From NCBI GenBank assembly GCA_030647555.1, contig JAUSJG010000024.1, forward strand, positions 3,878 through 67,877: a stretch of 64,000 nucleotides of DNA, given 5' to 3'. Position 1 is the first letter of the stretch. Each line of letters starts with the position of its first letter. The position numbers and the translations under genes are program-made. The notes beneath the pieces are model-generated. The model saw only the letters and a program-made list of their open reading frames with translations. It ran no database searches and was not told the DNA's origin. Shown piece by piece: positions 9,120-17,823 of this stretch. The DNA comes from a bacterium. GTDB lineage: Bacteria > Patescibacteriota > Andersenbacteria > UBA10190 > CAIZMI01.

Positions 9120-10139
9120 TCATATTTTTACCAAATCGCGAACGGCTTGAGCAATTGTTTCTGAATCAATTCCGACTTTTTTTATTAAGTCTTGATAACT
9201 GCCTGATTCGCCAAATTGGCGTAATCCTAAACGGCGCAGTTTTCCGACATTGTTTTCCGCCATAACTTCCGCTACCGCCGAACCAAGACCTCCGTTAACA
9301 CTATGATCCTCCACTGTCACGACACGGCCGGTTTTTCGCGCGGATATTAAAAGTGTCATTTCGTCCAGTGGTTTGATTGTTGGTACCGCGATCACTTCCG
9401 CATCAATGTTTTCTTTCGCCAAATTTGCGACGGCCACTAACACTTCTGCAACTTGCGGACCCGTGGCCACAATAGAAACATCTTTCCCTTCCTTTAACAC
9501 ATTCGCTTTTCCAATCACAAACTCGGCATCAGTTTTTGTAACCTGCGCCGTAGGTTCACGATACAAACGCAAATAGACCGGCCCCGGATAATTTATCGCC
9601 ACCACCAAGGCTTTCTTTGCTTCGTTGTAATCGGAAGGATTAATAATCGTCATATTCGGCAACGCCCGCATATAAGCGATATCCTCCAGCGCGTGCGCCG
9701 ACCCGCCGTCTGGCGCGTTGCTAACTCCTCCATGAGAGCCAACTATTATGACGTGCAAGCCACTTGAAAAAGATGAACTGCTATCTTCAGGGCCTGCCCC
9801 GCGCTGCGCCCTTCCGTAGCCTTGCGCGGAGGAGGGAAGCTTTAGTGAAGTGGGGTTCTGACAAATTTGCAAACGAATGTGATCAAATGCCCGAGTAAGA
9901 AAAACTGCGAATGAACCCGCAACCGGAATGTACCCACCCAATGCTAACCCGGCCGCCACGCCGGCCATATTTGCCTCTGCCACACCAGTATCAATAAAAC
10001 GGTCAGGAAACTCTTCCATAATTTTTCCCATCTTCAAACTTTCTCCAAGATCTGCTGTAAGCGCAAAAATGCGCTCGTCTTTTTTCATTATTTCGTAAAG
10101 TGCCTCACCAAAAGCTTGTCGTGTAGAAAGAAGTTCCAT
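9120..10139 (-). CDS. transketolase, C-terminal (pyrimidine-binding) subunit
   Basis: TK C-terminal fold motifs (FAVFLTRAFDHIR..., ...GPVYLRL...). Carries a ~25-aa Ser/Gly/Ala-rich insertion. Confidence 0.85.
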   Translation of the reverse strand: MELLSTRQAFGEALYEIMKKDERIFALTADLGESLKMGKIMEEFPDRFIDTGVAEANMAGVAAGLALGGYIPVAGSFAVFLTRAFDHIRLQICQNPTSLKLPSSAQGYGRAQRGAGPEDSSSSFSSGLHVIIVGSHGGVSNAPDGGSAHALEDIAYMRALPNMTIINPSDYNEAKKALVVAINYPGPVYLRLYREPTAQVTKTDAEFVIGKANVLKEGKDVSIVATGPQVAEVLVAVANLAKENIDAEVIAVPTIKPLDEMTLLISARKTGRVVTVEDHSVNGGLGSAVAEVMAENNVGKLRRLGLRQFGESGSYQDLIKKVGIDSETIAQAVRDLVKI

Positions 10140-10144
10140 AAAAA

Positions 10145-11011
10145 TTATTTATCCATTAGTTCATTTTTTGCTTGCTCATACTGTTTTTCCGTTATTTTTC
10201 CGGCGTGCCAACTCGGATTGTTTTCCATAAACGACACACCTTTACCGCGCACTGTGTTTGCAATTATCGCAACCGAACGTCTATCGTCCTTTACATCCTC
10301 TACTTCCTTTAATGCTGACAAGATTTCGTCAAAATCATGCCCATTAATTTCCAGAACCCGCCAACCAAAAGCGCGATATTTTTCCGCCAGTGGATCAAGA
10401 CTTGGCATTACCTTGTTTGTCGCACCATCAATTTGCATCCCGTTTTTATCAATAATCGCAATTAAGTTATTTAGTTTTAATTTAGGCGCCAACATGATCG
10501 CCTCCCATGTTGATCCCTCCTCTTGCTCTCCATCACTCATCATGACATAGACTTTTTGGCCAGTATTCTTGAGGCGTGCGGCCTGCGCCAAACCAATCCC
10601 GACGGATAATCCTTGACCTAAACTGCCGGAACTAATTTCAATTCCGGGCAAAGAACCACGGTGCGGATGCCCCTGTGCACCGGCACCAAGTTGTCGTAAT
10701 TTTCCTAATTCTGTTTCCGCAAAATATCCAGCTTTCGCCAAAATAGCATAAAGCGCCGGGGCCGCATGGCCATTACTCATCAAAAAATAGTCGCGTTCAT
10801 TCCAGTCCGGCCTTGCTGAATCATATTTTAAAATCCCGCCGAAATAGAGTGCGGTAAGAATATCCATCGTGGAAAAAGTCGAGCCCGGATGACCAGATCC
10901 TGCTTTATAAAGCATTTCCAGTGCACTCAAACGCAACTCTCTGGAAACTTCAGCTAATTCAGCTGCGCTTTTGTCTTTTTGTGGTTCCATGATGTTGTTA
11001 TCATAGCTCAT
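10145..11011 (-). CDS. transketolase, N-terminal (TPP-binding) subunit
   Basis: SGHPGSTFS TPP motif. Adjacent to the C-terminal subunit with a 5 bp gap, as in split-transketolase organisms. Confidence 0.85.
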   Translation of the reverse strand: MSYDNNIMEPQKDKSAAELAEVSRELRLSALEMLYKAGSGHPGSTFSTMDILTALYFGGILKYDSARPDWNERDYFLMSNGHAAPALYAILAKAGYFAETELGKLRQLGAGAQGHPHRGSLPGIEISSGSLGQGLSVGIGLAQAARLKNTGQKVYVMMSDGEQEEGSTWEAIMLAPKLKLNNLIAIIDKNGMQIDGATNKVMPSLDPLAEKYRAFGWRVLEINGHDFDEILSALKEVEDVKDDRRSVAIIANTVRGKGVSFMENNPSWHAGKITEKQYEQAKNELMDK

Positions 11012-11029
11012 TCAGTGCATCCCCGTCAT

Positions 11030-14000
11030 TTATCCCCGTCTCATCCCCACCTCGAAGGCCAACGCCCGTGTCGTCGTCTTGATCACCAACTGATTCGCCT
11101 GATAAGGAAGATACCCTTCTTTGGTAACGGTAAGGTTATATTTCCCGGGGGTAGTAAGGAGCATAAACTTGCCGGTGTCGGTAGTGGCTTTGGTGGTAAG
11201 GAGACGATTGGTGGTTGCGTCATAGAGACGGATGATCGCCAGTCCGATGCCTTCGGATGTTTCTTTGTCTGTCACAAGTCCCAGTGTTTGTTTGAACTTG
11301 TTTTTGATGATGATTTTGATCGTGGCAATGATGAGGTAGATAAAGAAGATAACGATGGAAGTGATTGATTTGGTACTGAAGAAGACGAAGGTGTTGATGG
11401 TGAAACCGAGCAGAATAACCGGCCAGGAGATGGCATTGAAGAAGGTTTCCAGATGGCTTAATCCTTTGAGCAGTTGCTGTTTGAGTTTGGAAGGAAGATC
11501 GGTGATCGGTTTGAGGGCAAGGACAAGGGCGATGACGGCTTCCGCTTTCACGGTGATGGCGGATCCAATGTAACGTTGTTCGGATTTGTTTGTCGCAAAG
11601 GATGATTGCTCGGTTGTTAATGTGTAGCCTTGGTTCACAATCCGGAAGAGATACTGTCCGGCCGGTAAGAAGGAAGCAAAGTAACCTTCTTTGTCGGTGT
11701 ACTCCTGGGCTTTCACTTTGCCACCGGTGGCATCGATAATTAAGACAAGGGTTCTCGCTACTCCCGTACCGGTATAGAAATTAATCACTCTGCCCCAGCT
11801 TCTGCGCTTCTTGCCGATGGAGAAGATACCGGAGAAGAGATGGAGGAGGTATTGGAAGAGATACGGTAGGCTTTCAAATAAGCCGATGATACTGGAGACG
11901 GCAGAAAGGGCGGCGAGAACGGTAAGAACGGCGAGACCGGTGGTTGCCGCGTCCAGGATGCGGATATTTTTGTCCTGCATGAGGAAGCCGAAGAGACCTT
12001 TGAGCGGATTAAAATAAATTTCGGGAAGAGGCGGGAAGACAGTGGCGGGAAAGGGACTGGGGATAAGCTTTTTTATCAGGTCCGAAAGATTCGGAATGGT
12101 GATCAGTGGAGCAAGCGGGGTGGCGGCAGGAGTAGACCTTGGCGTCGGATATGTTATACCGACATTATTATTTCCACTGCCACTTGTTTCTGTTGTGGTG
12201 GTGGTTGGTGTCGACGTTGAAGTCGGCGTGGCTGGTGTTGTCAATGTTGTCTTCTTGGTCAGTTCCAGTGTCTTCTCGTTGCCATACATATCAGAGGCTT
12301 TGAGAATAAAGTAGTAGCCGGTAGCGGAGAGGAGATCGGTGACGGTGGTTTCTTTGGTGTCTTTGATAAGCAAGTTCTTGTCCGAGACACTGTTCCAACT
12401 GTCGTTACACTTCTTGGCGTTGCTTAAGGTTAGTCCCAGACAAATCTCATACTCGCGGAAGTTTGCTTCACCGTTGGGTGTACCCCAACTAAAGGAAACT
12501 TGGTTGTCTTTGATTGTTGTGGTGTTGAAGCCGGTGATTTGGGGGGCTCTTCCGTCATAGGCAAAGGAATCAGATGTATTTATCTCTCCGTCGGTGATGC
12601 CGTCGTACGGGGTAACTCTAAGGTAGACGCTTCCCAGTTCGGTTTCTTCCAGATCCTTGAAAGCGTCCCAGGTAACGATGAGATTGTTACTGCCTTCATC
12701 AGTATTGATAGAACTTAATTGTCTTAGATTGTCATTATTAAAGTCCGGTGTTCCACGTGTTCCTTCCACCTTCTTCACGGTGACTTTGGACCAATCTTTA
12801 TTGTTTTTGGAGTACTCTAGTTTAAGACTGGTCTTTTGCAGATCACTGTCTGACACAGAGACTTTGAAAGAGACATAGTTGGTGCCGTCGGTCGATTCTT
12901 TAATCTCGGTAATATCGGTGGAGACGGGAGCGACGTTATCGGGAGTGAGATTGATAATGTATGTTTCTGTCATCACTGCCGATTCATTAGTGGCCGTGTC
13001 TACCGCCATTACTTTGAGGGTCAGAGAGGAAGTGATACTGATGGCGCCGGCATAAAGCGTGGAACTTGTTGTTGGAATATCTCCGTTGGTTGTGTAGTAG
13101 ATGGCGCTACTGCCGGCGGAGGTAAGAGTGACGGATTGTGCTGCAGTGTATGTGCCTCCAATGGGGGTGGCAGATGGGACATCCGGATTGGTTTTATCGT
13201 ATTTGATAATGAAGGTGCGTTCAGTTCCCCAAGTGCCCGCGCCGTTTTTCGGTCTGACGTGGAAGTAATTGGTGCCTTCAGTAATGGTGATACTGTCTAT
13301 GTATGGATTGGCTGTGGTTGATTCGTCACCTGTGATGGTGCTTCCTGAACTGGCGTTGAGTTCGTAGTAGAACGTGTCGTCGGAGACGGATGAAGGATCT
13401 GTCCATGAGAATGATACTTGATCGTCTGATCCTGTGTTTGAGTATTTAAACCAAGTGTTGGAGGTGAGTGATGTTCTGTCTCCTGAACTGGCGCCGGCAT
13501 CGATTGCGACGATGTCGGGGATGGTGGTGTCTAAGATGAAGCTCCCCATACTTGTCCAAGCTGATTGTGCTACTCCATCATCATTTTGAGCACACCAGTA
13601 ATAGGTGGCGTCACTGCCAATTGAAGAACCCGGAGTCCATGATGTATTTTCATTATTTGTAACAGTTGTTGATGATGTTCCACTGGCTACTGTTGTACCT
13701 CCTGTGCAATTTACTGAACTGGTGGCAATTCGATAATTAGTGGTGCCTACATCTCCTGTGTCTGAATCAGAATAGCTGGCAGATAAAGTTGGAGTGGAAT
13801 CTGCTGTGTTTGAACTATTGGCAGGAGAAACTAAAACTGGAATACTTGGCGTAACATTAAAACCTGCCCAGTTCAAATTGTTACCCGAATTTACAGTATT
13901 TGTGTTTGCAATTTCACGCCCTAGTGATGCATCTGAATCTTTTACATCTACATAATCAACTGCAAATGTAGTGCTAGTATTTGAAACATTAAGTCCCCAT

Positions 14001-17000
14001 TTTGGATCTCCTGCTGTGAGTGTTCCGCTGGCATCACAACCTCGAAGCGTTAAAATTTTTGCCAAGCCACCTTTCAAGGTAAGTGTTCCACTAGCTGCTA
14101 TTGCTTGTGTGTTGCTTTGTTGAAAGTATAATGAGTCTGCTGAGGCTGCGGAAATATCTTTTGTAAGGTTGTAGAAAGTGTTGGTGCCTAATACTTTTTG
14201 GTCTGTGCCATTGAGGGTGACTGTGCCTGTGCCGGGAGTGAAGGAAGCGGAGTTGGTCCAGTTGCCGGCCAGGGTGATGTTTTGATTGTTGGCGTCTAAC
14301 GTACCGGCGCTGTTGGTGAGGTTGCCGGCGAGGGTGAGGTTGGTTATTACTGCGCCGGATTGAGTTAAGTATCGAATAATAACAATACCGGAACCGCCCT
14401 TACCGCCAGTAAAAGTACCACGACAACCACCTCCGCCTCCACCCGTGTTATCTGTACCTATATTACCATTGGCCGACGCATTATTACCGTTACCACCTCC
14501 AGCTGTGGCTGTACCCGGAGTACCACTATTATAGGTAGCACCACCTCCTCCACCACCAATCCAGCGAGTTCCACCAACATCAACACCGGCATTAGCAGCA
14601 ATCAAAAGTGAAGAATAAGTACTTACACCTGCTCCACCATTACCAGCGATGCCTCCAGTTGCACCTGGTGAACCTACTGCACCAGCACCTCCACCGCCAC
14701 CCCCAGGATAAGGAGAAACAATACTGCCCGTAGCTCCACCATCATACCCCTGTCTTGGTGATAAATAATCAGCGTCACCGCCTAACCTGCTACCAGCCCC
14801 TGATGACTGACCACCTCCACCGCCAGAACCACCCGCACTACCACTTTGTCCATCGTAACCACCCCCACCGCCACCACCTACTGCTGTTATTGTATCAAAT
14901 GTAGAGTTTACGCCGTTAACACCATTGCCATTGCTAGGTGCAACAATAGCACCATTTCCACCAGTACCGATAGCAACAGCATGAGCCCTTTCGGTCACTG
15001 CAAAAGTTGCATTGTATACTATACCTCCAGCACCTCCGCCGCCTCCAGCACCTCCGCCGCCTCCAGCTATTACAAGAGCCTCAACAGTAGAAATACTTGC
15101 GGAAGGCGTGAATGTTCCATCTGTTGTAAAAGTGTGAATTGTATAACCACCACTATACGTAATTGTTCCGCCGGTTCCGTCTGACAATGGAATTGCATTT
15201 ACGGTTAGCGTTCCTGCTCCGGAGTGAGTTATATTATTAAAAGTTCCCGTCGCCACAATTGTCTGTGCCGAACCACTATTAAAATCAACTGTACCCGAAT
15301 TATGAGTAAATGTTGAATTTAGTTGACTATAATTTCCCCCGACAATCAAACTACCTTTTGTAGAAGTGAAAGTACCGCCGGATAATGTGACATTTCCCGT
15401 ACTGGTGATATTGGCCGGGGTACCTGCGGTTGAATCGCCGGTAAATGTTCCACCGGATTGTGTGATTGAAGCGGTTGATATTGCGTTGTTACCTTGCACT
15501 AAGGTGCCATTAGTAATTGTTAGTGCGTTTGTTGTTGTTAAGGCGTCTTGCGTTGTCCATACGCCACCGACTCCGTTAACTGTAAGGTTGTAGAAAGGAG
15601 AGCTTCCGCTGGTGATTGTTTTTCCTATAGCTGTGCCATCTAAAGTTACAGTGCTTGTACCAGGTGTATAGGTACCACCATTTTTAAGCCAACTACCCGC
15701 CACTGTGCTGTTATAATTGGCGGTATTAAAAATACCATTTGTTAATGTGAAGTCTCCACCAAGATCAAGGGCTGTTGTTTGATTAAAGGTTGCACCTGAT
15801 CCGTTAATTGTTAGTCCTCCGTAGCCATAATTCTTTAGGTTGTATGGACCAGTTGTACCGTCATAGGTAACAGTGGTGCCTGATGTGAATGATGGGTAGT
15901 TGGTGTTGGCGGTGATCGTTTCTCCACCTTGTAACTGGAGATTACCTGTGCCGTTAACAACCAGCGTACCTGATGAGCCGTTGACGGTAAGGTTTTGACC
16001 GTTGAGATCAAAGGTGCCTGCTTGAATGGTGAGATCCTGACTGGCAGCGTCCATTACGAGCGCCGATAGCAAATTTACTTGGCCGCCGGATTTGTTAACG
16101 GTGATATCAGCATCAAATAGACCAGTAGCGCCCGTAAGATCAAAAGTTTGAACCGCAGAACCGGAAAAAAGCATTGGAGAAGTACCACCATCAAAAGTGG
16201 AGGCGACCACAACATTCCCTTGAGGGTTAAAAGTGCCGGTGTTAACAATGCCTTCGGTTAAAGTTAAGGTATTTGTTGTAACAAGAGTATCTCCACTGGC
16301 AATAATAATTGTATTCGCACTCCATCCGGCAAATGTTATATTATAAAATGTTTCCGATGTTGCGACATCAATGGTGTAGTTCTTATAAGCAAACGTTACG
16401 GTTCCTGTGCCTTCGTTGAAGGTGCCCGCGGACTTGGTGAAACCGCCGGAGATAGTTAAAGAAGGAGGAGCAATGAATGTTCCTGAGGCTTGCGTAAAGC
16501 CTCCTAAATCAATAGTGACTGCGTATGGACCAGATCCATTACCGTTGTAATTAAATGGCACAGCATTGCTGTCTATTGGATCGGTGGTATCAAAATTTGA
16601 TGTAATTTCAAGACCATAAAGAGTACTTGCTGCATTAAATACTACAAAGTCGTTGGCGTCACTGGCGTCATCAAAGCGTAAGTTCGGACCAGTCCCTCCA
16701 TTAATTGTATAAGTTTGTACTACTGCGTTATCACCAAAATCAATGGTGGCAGTTCCTCCGTCAAAAGTTGAAGCTTGAGTTATATTTCCTCTGGCATCAA
16801 TAGTGCCGGTATCAACATAGCCATCGGTTAAAGTTAAGGTACCTGCGACAACCATCGTATCACCGGAAGTAATGGTAAGAATACTTCCTCCAGCGGTCAG
16901 GTTTATTGTTACGTTGTTAAATGTTTCTGTGGTGGCAACGTTATAAGAATTAGTTATTCCTGTAAATGTTATTAGTCCTGTGCCCTCTACAAATGTCCCC

Positions 17001-17449
17001 GCGGTTTTAGTGAAACCACTTGCAATGGTTAAGTTTTCTGTGGCTTGATAAGTTCCATCGGCTTGCGTGTATGTACCTATGGCAATGGCTACGCCCCCCG
17101 TTTGAGTGATTGTTCCAACATAGCCTGTATTGATAGTTAATGATGCGTCTCCTAAAGTACTGTTAATATTTGCTCCATTGTCACAGTCGGCATCAAAGAT
17201 AGCTGTGTCTCCAGCTGTTGGCGCAGCACTGGCATCACCGCTTCCACAACCTGCGGGATCGGTGGTTTTCCAATTTGTGGCGATAGAGGTATTAGCTCCA
17301 TCGGCTCCTACCCAATACTTGTTAGCGGCGGAAGCGGATTTTACTGATAAGAACAAGAAAAGACATAACGAAAGGAGCGTTAATGAGAAGATTGTTTTTA
17401 GGCTTTTGTTTGCTATTAAAAGCTTTAATGTTGATGTCAGGTTGAACAC
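11030..17449 (-). CDS. giant (2139 aa) cell-surface protein: signal peptide, beta-helix-like repeats, Gly-rich low-complexity region, chitobiase/Fn3-like segments, PT/ST linker, TM segments flanked by CarboxypepD_reg-like domains
   Basis: N-terminal signal. Many GTxT.TxTLTG-type repeats. GGGGGAGGGGGAGG region. YYTTNGDIPTTSS (CHB_HEX_C-like). C-terminal GYFASFLPAGQY and GKYNLTVTKEGY (CarboxypepD_reg-like) plus hydrophobic helices. Confidence 0.7.
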   Translation of the reverse strand: MFNLTSTLKLLIANKSLKTIFSLTLLSLCLFLFLSVKSASAANKYWVGADGANTSIATNWKTTDPAGCGSGDASAAPTAGDTAIFDADCDNGANINSTLGDASLTINTGYVGTITQTGGVAIAIGTYTQADGTYQATENLTIASGFTKTAGTFVEGTGLITFTGITNSYNVATTETFNNVTINLTAGGSILTITSGDTMVVAGTLTLTDGYVDTGTIDARGNITQASTFDGGTATIDFGDNAVVQTYTINGGTGPNLRFDDASDANDFVVFNAASTLYGLEITSNFDTTDPIDSNAVPFNYNGNGSGPYAVTIDLGGFTQASGTFIAPPSLTISGGFTKSAGTFNEGTGTVTFAYKNYTIDVATSETFYNITFAGWSANTIIIASGDTLVTTNTLTLTEGIVNTGTFNPQGNVVVASTFDGGTSPMLFSGSAVQTFDLTGATGLFDADITVNKSGGQVNLLSALVMDAASQDLTIQAGTFDLNGQNLTVNGSSGTLVVNGTGNLQLQGGETITANTNYPSFTSGTTVTYDGTTGPYNLKNYGYGGLTINGSGATFNQTTALDLGGDFTLTNGIFNTANYNSTVAGSWLKNGGTYTPGTSTVTLDGTAIGKTITSGSSPFYNLTVNGVGGVWTTQDALTTTNALTITNGTLVQGNNAISTASITQSGGTFTGDSTAGTPANITSTGNVTLSGGTFTSTKGSLIVGGNYSQLNSTFTHNSGTVDFNSGSAQTIVATGTFNNITHSGAGTLTVNAIPLSDGTGGTITYSGGYTIHTFTTDGTFTPSASISTVEALVIAGGGGGAGGGGGAGGIVYNATFAVTERAHAVAIGTGGNGAIVAPSNGNGVNGVNSTFDTITAVGGGGGGGYDGQSGSAGGSGGGGGQSSGAGSRLGGDADYLSPRQGYDGGATGSIVSPYPGGGGGGAGAVGSPGATGGIAGNGGAGVSTYSSLLIAANAGVDVGGTRWIGGGGGGATYNSGTPGTATAGGGNGNNASANGNIGTDNTGGGGGGCRGTFTGGKGGSGIVIIRYLTQSGAVITNLTLAGNLTNSAGTLDANNQNITLAGNWTNSASFTPGTGTVTLNGTDQKVLGTNTFYNLTKDISAASADSLYFQQSNTQAIAASGTLTLKGGLAKILTLRGCDASGTLTAGDPKWGLNVSNTSTTFAVDYVDVKDSDASLGREIANTNTVNSGNNLNWAGFNVTPSIPVLVSPANSSNTADSTPTLSASYSDSDTGDVGTTNYRIATSSVNCTGGTTVASGTSSTTVTNNENTSWTPGSSIGSDATYYWCAQNDDGVAQSAWTSMGSFILDTTIPDIVAIDAGASSGDRTSLTSNTWFKYSNTGSDDQVSFSWTDPSSVSDDTFYYELNASSGSTITGDESTTANPYIDSITITEGTNYFHVRPKNGAGTWGTERTFIIKYDKTNPDVPSATPIGGTYTAAQSVTLTSAGSSAIYYTTNGDIPTTSSTLYAGAISITSSLTLKVMAVDTATNESAVMTETYIINLTPDNVAPVSTDITEIKESTDGTNYVSFKVSVSDSDLQKTSLKLEYSKNNKDWSKVTVKKVEGTRGTPDFNNDNLRQLSSINTDEGSNNLIVTWDAFKDLEETELGSVYLRVTPYDGITDGEINTSDSFAYDGRAPQITGFNTTTIKDNQVSFSWGTPNGEANFREYEICLGLTLSNAKKCNDSWNSVSDKNLLIKDTKETTVTDLLSATGYYFILKASDMYGNEKTLELTKKTTLTTPATPTSTSTPTTTTTETSGSGNNNVGITYPTPRSTPAATPLAPLITIPNLSDLIKKLIPSPFPATVFPPLPEIYFNPLKGLFGFLMQDKNIRILDAATTGLAVLTVLAALSAVSSIIGLFESLPYLFQYLLHLFSGIFSIGKKRRSWGRVINFYTGTGVARTLVLIIDATGGKVKAQEYTDKEGYFASFLPAGQYLFRIVNQGYTLTTEQSSFATNKSEQRYIGSAITVKAEAVIALVLALKPITDLPSKLKQQLLKGLSHLETFFNAISWPVILLGFTINTFVFFSTKSITSIVIFFIYLIIATIKIIIKNKFKQTLGLVTDKETSEGIGLAIIRLYDATTNRLLTTKATTDTGKFMLLTTPGKYNLTVTKEGYLPYQANQLVIKTTTRALAFEVGMRRG

Positions 17450-17823
17450 TAGTAATGCATGATAATTCTAGCAGAAAAAAACCATCTTACCCACTGTGTC
17501 AAAGGTTACTTTCTTTATTTTTATCCAGGCATATGTTGACAGTGCTCCAGCAGAAGCAATTCAAAGACGGAGCAACAGGTTCTTTAACCTAATTCACTTT
17601 AATAATTTAAACGAGGGAGTCGATAGAAACTTGGGGGGATCTGTTTACTCTCTCACCAAACGCAAGAGGGCTTTACTGCCCTTTTGTTGCGTTATAATTG
17701 TAAGTTGAATAAATAGCCATTTACTGCTAATATTACCTTAGGCGACGGGAGGGTACGTTTGCCCGCTCTATTGAAAACCGAATAAATTCAGAACTTGTCA
17801 CAACAACGCGAAAGGAACGAAAA

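Noticed and set aside
17496-17823. Possible purine/ZTP riboswitch in the purL leader
   Set aside because: I could not find the conserved pfl/ZTP or purine-aptamer core sequences. Only a weak hairpin + T4 (around 17655..17690) is visible, so no riboswitch is claimed.
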